Below, piece after piece: positions 58,334 through 64,000 of a DNA stretch of 64,000 bases. The stretch lies in IMG/VR virus record IMGVR_UViG_3300034272_003223. One strand, given 5' to 3'. Each line of letters starts with the position of its first letter. The first letter of the stretch is position 1. The position numbers and the translations under genes were made by a program. The notes below the pieces were generated by a model. It ran no database searches and had not been told where the DNA came from. It saw nothing but the letters and a program-made list of their open reading frames with translations. The stretch comes from an uncultured virus (IMG/VR IMGVR_UViG_3300034272_003223) (taxonomy: Duplodnaviria; Heunggongvirae; Uroviricota; Caudoviricetes).

Positions 58334-59851
58334 TTATGCTAATTTAGCAAGAGAACCAGATGCCAATGAGAATTGAACATACTGAGTTCCAGGATGCCAT
58401 CCAGCTTCAACCAATGCATATCTTGACTTCATACCGATTTTCGGAGAGAAAGTACCCTCAGAAATAGTTTGAAGAGATTCTGCCATGATGTAAGGCATGA
58501 ATTTAAGACCTGGCTCTTCGTCAGCACCTTTACGACCAATTAATACAGTCGCATCGTCAAACTTCAAGTTAGGATCAACGTATACGTTAAGACCGTAAAC
58601 TTTACCAGCAGGGTACAATGTACCAGCAGCAGAACCTAAATCGTTGTTGAAAGGAGCAATTGAGTAACCAGCAGCATCAGCCATAGCAGATGCAACTTTA
58701 GCACCAACTACTGCGAAAGTACCAGCACCAAAACGTGCTCTGTGGTAGATCAAGTTAGCAGATTCTAACATCTTGCTAGCAAGTCTTCTTTGAGCAGTTG
58801 TTACGTTTTCGAAACCACCAGTATAAGTAGCAGCAGATAAGTCTAATGTAGCAGAATAACCTTCAGCTGTTGCAGCTGCAGCAGCGTGAGTTGTTGCTAA
58901 ATTCTTAACTTTAGAAACGATTTCTTTGTTGATTGTTTGAGCAAGCTCGTTAACAGCAACATTCTCTAACATAGAGATTGCGTCGAAATTCCAAACTCTG
59001 TTAAGATCTTGGATTTGCTCAACTGTTGCAGAGATAGAAACTTGAGAAGTTTTAGCCTCAACAAACTTAGTGAACATTTTAAGACCCATTTGACGGAATT
59101 TAGAAGTTTCACCAGCACCTCTATTCATAGATTGAGTGTACTCTTGACCATCTAAGAAAGGACCATACCAAGCAGAAGCTTCAGCTGTACCTGCAGGAGC
59201 TGCAGTTGAAGTGAAACCAGAGATATGATTTTCTAAAGCAGATACTAATTCTACTTCAGCTTCTGAAACAGCAATACCTGCAGCAACCGCTTGAGCAGCA
59301 ACTGAAGTAGAAGCGTCTGTACCAGAAATAACTTTGTAGATGTATTTTGCATCTAGACGAGATACACCAACATAAGCAAACTCTCTGTCACCAGTGTTAT
59401 CTGGAGTTGTATCAAGAGTTGCAGTTTTGATCAAATATGGTTCAAACTCACCAGTTACGTTACCACCTTGGTAAACATAATCTAAGTAAGGAAGGAAACC
59501 AACTGGAGAGTCCATAGGAACTACACCAACTAGGTCAAAACCAATAGTTTTTGCTGCTACTTGAATAGCAACTGGCAATAAACTTGGGAATTTATCACCT
59601 GAACCATTTGCACCAGTTGTTGGAGCTAATGGGTTACCGATTCCACTGATAGAACCTGGTTGTTGATAGAATAAACCTGGAGCAACAGCTGATTCGTTGA
59701 TTGCACCTGCGTTTTCGAACATTGCGTGATAGTGGCAATAATCTACTAACCAAGGACGTGAATCTGCGTTTACACCATAGCTTTCTAAAACTGGAGCCCA
59801 AGTTGACTTAACAGAGGCATCGTTTAGTCTTTTAAATACTTTTGTAGACAT
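58334..59851 (-). CDS. gp23: major capsid protein (T4 gp23-like)
   Basis: WAPVLE, IGFDLVGVVPMDSPVG, EQIQDL, INKEI, VYVDP, FMPY, PKIGMKSRYAL. Confidence 0.92.
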   Translation of the reverse strand: MSTKVFKRLNDASVKSTWAPVLESYGVNADSRPWLVDYCHYHAMFENAGAINESAVAPGLFYQQPGSISGIGNPLAPTTGANGSGDKFPSLLPVAIQVAAKTIGFDLVGVVPMDSPVGFLPYLDYVYQGGNVTGEFEPYLIKTATLDTTPDNTGDREFAYVGVSRLDAKYIYKVISGTDASTSVAAQAVAAGIAVSEAEVELVSALENHISGFTSTAAPAGTAEASAWYGPFLDGQEYTQSMNRGAGETSKFRQMGLKMFTKFVEAKTSQVSISATVEQIQDLNRVWNFDAISMLENVAVNELAQTINKEIVSKVKNLATTHAAAAATAEGYSATLDLSAATYTGGFENVTTAQRRLASKMLESANLIYHRARFGAGTFAVVGAKVASAMADAAGYSIAPFNNDLGSAAGTLYPAGKVYGLNVYVDPNLKFDDATVLIGRKGADEEPGLKFMPYIMAESLQTISEGTFSPKIGMKSRYALVEAGWHPGTQYVQFSLASGSLAKLA

Positions 59852-59868
59852 TTTGTTTTAAAAATTTT

Positions 59869-61902
59869 TTAGTTGTTTGCTCTTCTTTTTAGAGCGTCGA
59901 GGTATGCATTACCATAACCTCTTTGATGTTCCGCAACTTTCTCAATCGAGATAAAACCTTCTCTACCTTGGCTTTCGTTGATGTGTTGCGCTGTTTTATT
60001 TTGTTTTTCGAAATAAATTCTTTCATTAACTCCTCTTAAATCTCTGCTCTCCCAGAAGTTTTTAACTTGGTAAGGAGTGTTAAGAACAGTTAAAGAAGCT
60101 TGAGCTTCTAAACGGCTCTTTTCTGCAGGAGTCATGCTTTCAAAAACTTCTTTGAATTTAGCAGGCATGAACTTAATTAAGTTTGGAGTATTTTCTTGTT
60201 GTTTGTTAAGAACTGATTCAATGATTTGGATAACGTCTTCTTCTTTGAAGTAAACTGCACCTGAAAGAGCTTCAATAATAGCAGTTTTTTGAGTTTGATC
60301 TAAATTAAAGAATCTTGATTTATTATCTTCGTTAAGAAGTTTTAAGAATGGATATCTGCTTTCTAATACAGATTTAGCAGAGTTATCTTTGATATGCTTA
60401 ACAATTGAGTTAACTGAACTTACAATATCAGAAACATTAGAACCTTCAGAAACTTGATAGTTTACAGACTCATCTAATTTTTCGATTTGGCTAAATGCAG
60501 AGGCAGTTTTAGTAGAAAGACCTACTTTACCTTCATTTAATTCAGTTGCAATATACTCAGAATATTTAATTCCTCTTTCAAGGTTTTCAGCAAGATAGTT
60601 AGCGTAACCAATAGAGTGCTTTAAGTTTTCAGCAACGTATTCAGTGTATCTGATACCTTGTTCTGATTTTTCAGCAACATACTCAGAATATTGAATTCCT
60701 TTATCAAGGTTTTCTGCTAAGTATTCTGTGTATTTAATATTTTTGTTTACGTTTTCAGCAATATGCTCAGAGTAATCAATTGCATTATTTAGGTTTTCTC
60801 CAACGTATTCAGCATAACCGATACCTTGTTCAACTTTTTCTGCAAGATAATCAGAATAATCAATTACTTTATTAACTTTCTCAGCAACGTGCTCAGAATA
60901 ATTAATTGATTTGTTCATCATTCCAGAAAGGTAATTGTTATATTCAATTACTTTGCTAAGCTCGCTTGAAAGATAGTTAACATACTCAACTAATTGTTCA
61001 TTAGTTGCAGGTGTTTGTTCTTCATCTTGTTCAGCATTTGGATCTTCAACCACTGGAGCATCAGCAGGTTGGTCGTCTTCGGTAACTGCGAAGTTATCAA
61101 CCATTTTATCTACACTTTCTTTAAGTGCGTCAAACTTGCCTTTAACAAGTTCAGAGTATTGGTTGAACGCTTCTTTCGTTACAAACTCATTAGTCATGTG
61201 TTTGTTATTATTTTCCATAGTTTGTACTATCTCTTCATTATTTATCTTATAAACTTTGATTGATTCCTCGAGGTTTAAGCTTTCAGAAATATCAACCAAT
61301 TTATTTACAATTGACGTAGATTTAATATTTTCCAAAGATTCGAAAAGCATAGAGTAATTGCTTTGGAAGCTCTCGTTAACAGATCTTCTAAGAACAGCTT
61401 CACTGAAACCAGGTTCAGCTACTAGATCGTATGTGAATATTCTTTGGATTTTTACTTTACCTTCATTCATTACCTGACCAGCGGCTCTTGAAGAAGTTGA
61501 AATTGTACAGCCTGACTCAACTAGAGTTTTTGCAATCTGGCCAGCGGGAGTGTTAAGCAGACGTACTTTAATTTTTACGTTATTAGAATTTTGATCGTAC
61601 CATAATTTCTCAACTACGTGAGAAACGTTTTTAAGTGAAACGTCAAAATTTTGAGGGTGGTCTAGCTCACCAAATAATTGACCTCTTTCGATTTTCTCGT
61701 TTAGGTATTCTAGGTGAGGAAGATACTCTGCTTTTTCGTAGATACGGTTGTTGTTATTCTTTGTGTCAAATACTGCACAAACACCTTCCATAACGATATC
61801 ACCATTATCTAGTTTTGCTGAGTTTAAACCTTCATTTACTCTTTCTATAATGAAGAGCATATCTGAGGTTTTTGTAATTTCGTTTACGCCTGTAAGGACC
61901 AC
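59869..61902 (-). CDS. gp21: prohead protease (gp21-like) fused to a scaffold-like C-terminal region
   Basis: NNNNRIY, GELDHP, VSHVV, TPAGQIAK, SSRAAG, YDLVAEPGF; then 14-aa repeats. Confidence 0.88.
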   Translation of the reverse strand: MVLTGVNEITKTSDMLFIIERVNEGLNSAKLDNGDIVMEGVCAVFDTKNNNNRIYEKAEYLPHLEYLNEKIERGQLFGELDHPQNFDVSLKNVSHVVEKLWYDQNSNNVKIKVRLLNTPAGQIAKTLVESGCTISTSSRAAGQVMNEGKVKIQRIFTYDLVAEPGFSEAVLRRSVNESFQSNYSMLFESLENIKSTSIVNKLVDISESLNLEESIKVYKINNEEIVQTMENNNKHMTNEFVTKEAFNQYSELVKGKFDALKESVDKMVDNFAVTEDDQPADAPVVEDPNAEQDEEQTPATNEQLVEYVNYLSSELSKVIEYNNYLSGMMNKSINYSEHVAEKVNKVIDYSDYLAEKVEQGIGYAEYVGENLNNAIDYSEHIAENVNKNIKYTEYLAENLDKGIQYSEYVAEKSEQGIRYTEYVAENLKHSIGYANYLAENLERGIKYSEYIATELNEGKVGLSTKTASAFSQIEKLDESVNYQVSEGSNVSDIVSSVNSIVKHIKDNSAKSVLESRYPFLKLLNEDNKSRFFNLDQTQKTAIIEALSGAVYFKEEDVIQIIESVLNKQQENTPNLIKFMPAKFKEVFESMTPAEKSRLEAQASLTVLNTPYQVKNFWESRDLRGVNERIYFEKQNKTAQHINESQGREGFISIEKVAEHQRGYGNAYLDALKRRANN
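60532..60993 (-). repeat. eleven tandem 14-aa (42-bp) coding repeats, consensus xIxYxEYhAExhxx
   Basis: LVEYVNYLSSELSK ... GIKYSEYIATELNE, 462 nt = 11 x 42. Confidence 0.9.
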
Positions 61903-61921
61903 GTTGCCTGATTTTTTTTAT

Positions 61922-61929
61922 TATTTATA
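61922..61929 (-). promoter_or_regulatory. canonical T4 late promoter TATAAATA
   Basis: Exact match 19 nt upstream of the protease GTG start. Confidence 0.8.
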
Positions 61930-61972
61930 TCATATCGATAGAAATAATTCGCAACAAGTGACAAGTTGACAC

Positions 61973-62836
61973 CTATTTAGTCTTATTTATTAGGCTTATT
62001 AGATCCAGCTTCTCAGAATCAGTTAGTTTATCGAAATTAGGAACCTTGGTGTGAATTTTAAAGATATAAGAACCTTTATTTTGTGTGCCAGTTGACATTC
62101 CTCTACCAGGAATAGTTATTCTAATGTCATTAAATGACTTAGCTTTGATTGACTTTATTTTAAAATTGGTTCCAGAAACTGAAGTAAAAATAAAATTTTC
62201 AATATTAATTAGTTCATCGAGACTTACTTCTCGATTATCAATAATATTACCTGATACATCAAGAGAAACTCCAGCGGGTAATACAATATCCAATAAAACA
62301 TACAAATTGCCAATAAATGCACGGTTAAACATGCTTCCACCTCCAAGTTTTCCATGATTTCCCATATTTTGAAAGGTTAATCTGGAAAAGGCCTTATTGC
62401 CATCGAATATTAATTGGTGTTTAGTTGTATCTGGGTTAAGATCAACACTAAATCTAATTGGAGAAGATTCTCCCTTTTTTGTGTAAGTAACCTCAATAGT
62501 TTTTCCAATTAACAAATCTTTAAGATCGATTTTTTGGTTAACAACAATGTCTAGATTAAGACCCCAGTTTTGAGTAAAAATATCTTCAGCAGCAAAGCCG
62601 CCAAACATGTCTCTAAGATCTTCAAAGGTTGATCCAGCTGATCCACCTCGATCGTAGTTTTTACGTTTTTCCGAATCTCCTAATACACCATAAGCCTCAG
62701 CGATTTCCTTAAATTTGGATTCGCCGTCTGGATTTTTATCAGGGTGATATTTTACAACAAGCTTTCGGTAAGCCTTTTTAATATCTTCCTGACTGCATCC
62801 ACGCTCTACTTCTAGTATATTATAATAGTCTTTCAC
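61973..62836 (-). CDS. dnaJ: DnaJ-family co-chaperone (J domain + C-terminal domain, no zinc finger)
   Basis: [22 protein letters not shown] (HPD), KRKNYD; GNLYV, IPGRGM. Confidence 0.9.
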   Translation of the reverse strand: MKDYYNILEVERGCSQEDIKKAYRKLVVKYHPDKNPDGESKFKEIAEAYGVLGDSEKRKNYDRGGSAGSTFEDLRDMFGGFAAEDIFTQNWGLNLDIVVNQKIDLKDLLIGKTIEVTYTKKGESSPIRFSVDLNPDTTKHQLIFDGNKAFSRLTFQNMGNHGKLGGGSMFNRAFIGNLYVLLDIVLPAGVSLDVSGNIIDNREVSLDELINIENFIFTSVSGTNFKIKSIKAKSFNDIRITIPGRGMSTGTQNKGSYIFKIHTKVPNFDKLTDSEKLDLISLINKTK

Positions 62837-62855
62837 TATAATTAATATACCTAAA

Positions 62856-63656
62856 TTAGTAGCCTACTGTAACGGTTTTTGATAAAATGTTAGGTTCCAG
62901 TGCAGCAAGTACACCGGCATTTAGTCCTGGTGTTGCTGGAAGTTTTCCATCCACTGCGCTGGCTAGACTTTTTAGGGCAGTCATTACCGCATTACCCATA
63001 ACTGCAGGTTCAGTTGATGAGCTGTGACCAAGTCGAGTAAAATCACCATTTAGCCATACTTGGCTTGATGTGACTCTAACTTCTGATGTTGCATTAATAT
63101 CAACAGTTGAATTTGCTATAATATTAATAGTTGGACCCTCTAATTCAATAATAGATTGGGTTTCTTTATGTTCAATTGTTATCTTGGAATCTTGTGCAAT
63201 ATTAATTCTAGATGACTTATTTTCAAAAGTAAGGCCCTTTCCAACGGTAAACCATAATTTAAGCGCTTCGTCTCCATCCCATAAAATAAAATGGGATCCT
63301 AAATATTCGCCGTCCTTTTTAAGTTCTTCTTGAAGGTCTTTTGCAAGTTCTTGTAATTGTTCGTATTCTGGGCTATAGATATCTCCTTGGTCAAATCTCA
63401 CTACAACGAGTGCACCATTTTTTGGTATTGAAATACTAGCCGCGCCCTCTTTTCCAAAGAATGTAGATTTTGTTCCTGGATTAGCCCATGGAATATCTTC
63501 AATCGCAAGGGAATCGAATAGTCCATGTACCCTAACTCGACAGCGTCCTTCTTTCAATGGATCATTTACGTCAACAACAGTTCCCATATATCTCTTAATA
63601 AGATACTCAATTGAACTATCATCAGATCTATTAATATCGGTGTTACGGTTTAACAT
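62856..63656 (-). CDS. gp5/VgrG-like baseplate hub/spike (OB fold + beta-helix, no lysozyme domain)
   Basis: [42 protein letters not shown]. Confidence 0.85.
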   Translation of the reverse strand: MLNRNTDINRSDDSSIEYLIKRYMGTVVDVNDPLKEGRCRVRVHGLFDSLAIEDIPWANPGTKSTFFGKEGAASISIPKNGALVVVRFDQGDIYSPEYEQLQELAKDLQEELKKDGEYLGSHFILWDGDEALKLWFTVGKGLTFENKSSRINIAQDSKITIEHKETQSIIELEGPTINIIANSTVDINATSEVRVTSSQVWLNGDFTRLGHSSSTEPAVMGNAVMTALKSLASAVDGKLPATPGLNAGVLAALEPNILSKTVTVGY

Positions 63657-64000
63657 TATGACTTATATGGGTTTTGGCTAGTTATTTTACCTCCTTGTTT
63701 TCTTTGGTTTACAATTGATGAAACTGTAGAATCGCCTGGAAAAACATCAAACCTAATAGATCCAGTAGATTTAGTTGTATTATTTACAAAAACATCGGTC
63801 TTAATTGGCGATGCATATTGAGAAGACTTTCCAGGAAAAATATCATTCTTAATTGGCGGAGCCTTTCTATTATCAGCGCCAGTAAATTCATCTCTTGTAA
63901 TTTTTGGAGCCTTACGGTTATCTGTTCCAGTAAACATGTCCACGTTTATTGGTAAGGCTGTCCTAATATCGGTTCCTTCAAAAACATCGCTATTCAGTGG
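63656..64000 (-). CDS. repeat-containing protein, 5'-truncated by window edge
   Basis: Frame is open beyond the track start 63943 to base 64000 (PLNSDVFEGTDIRTALPINV-DMF...); 16-aa repeats DxF.G.........I.. Confidence 0.7.
   Translation of the reverse strand, partial: PLNSDVFEGTDIRTALPINVDMFTGTDNRKAPKITRDEFTGADNRKAPPIKNDIFPGKSSQYASPIKTDVFVNNTTKSTGSIRFDVFPGDSTVSSIVNQRKQGGKITSQNPYKS

Noticed and set aside
60532..60993. CRISPR array or DGR repeat
   Set aside because: Repeats are in-frame, degenerate at synonymous positions and lack unique spacers; no cas or reverse transcriptase gene in the window.
1862..63333. Numerous short antisense or overlapping ORFs in the track (e.g. 2273-2593, 16858-17247, 28895-29434, 52302-52691, 57762-58085)
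   Set aside because: Shadows of well-supported genes on the other strand or frame, with no motifs or independent expression signals.
1..64000. Stop-codon reassignment (as in Lak or some crAss-like phages)
   Set aside because: Code-11 ORFs are full length and dense. TAA dominates, but TAG (210, 45458, 61973) and TGA (39230) end genes at sensible boundaries. The PolB break is TAA.
1..64000. tRNA/rRNA genes, integrase or transposase
   Set aside because: Intergenic gaps are short and show no cloverleaf or GTTCRA T-arm context by eye; no recombinase or transposase motifs recognised.

Overview
AT-rich, densely coding 64-kb segment of a large T4-related contractile-tailed (jumbo-type) dsDNA phage. 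The host is probably Bacteroidota, inferred from Shine-Dalgarno-less A-rich leaders and the style of the metabolic genes. The minus strand carries late/virion genes: a baseplate/fibre cluster (211-22784), tail sheath, tail tube, candidate internal head proteins, major capsid protein, a prohead protease-scaffold fusion and a gp5-like spike. It also carries a gp55-like late sigma factor, a RuvC-like resolvase and DnaJ. The plus strand carries replication, recombination and nucleotide genes (stand-alone 3'-5' exonuclease, RNR Ia, gp32 SSB, RNase H, dUTPase, an N-terminal-only PolB, UvsX, gp41 helicase, gp47/gp46, a thymidylate-synthase-family enzyme, dCMP deaminase) plus GroEL, GroES and ribosomal protein S1. 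Main observations: (i) most late-promoter boxes (NATAAATA) lie inside inverted repeats whose 3' arm covers the translation-start region; (ii) the TS-family enzyme has the dCMP-specifying Asp, suggesting modified cytosine; (iii) PolB is split; (iv) a virion adhesin carries a thrombospondin-1-like domain; (v) a nucleotidyltransferase ends the tail operon; (vi) a degenerate SET protein sits between gp47 and gp46; (vii) several late proteins share a candidate head-targeting/cleavage motif; (viii) two GTCAGA...TCTGAC palindromic elements. No tRNA, rRNA, CRISPR array or mobile element was recognised. All family calls are by-eye motif recognition; no searches were run.
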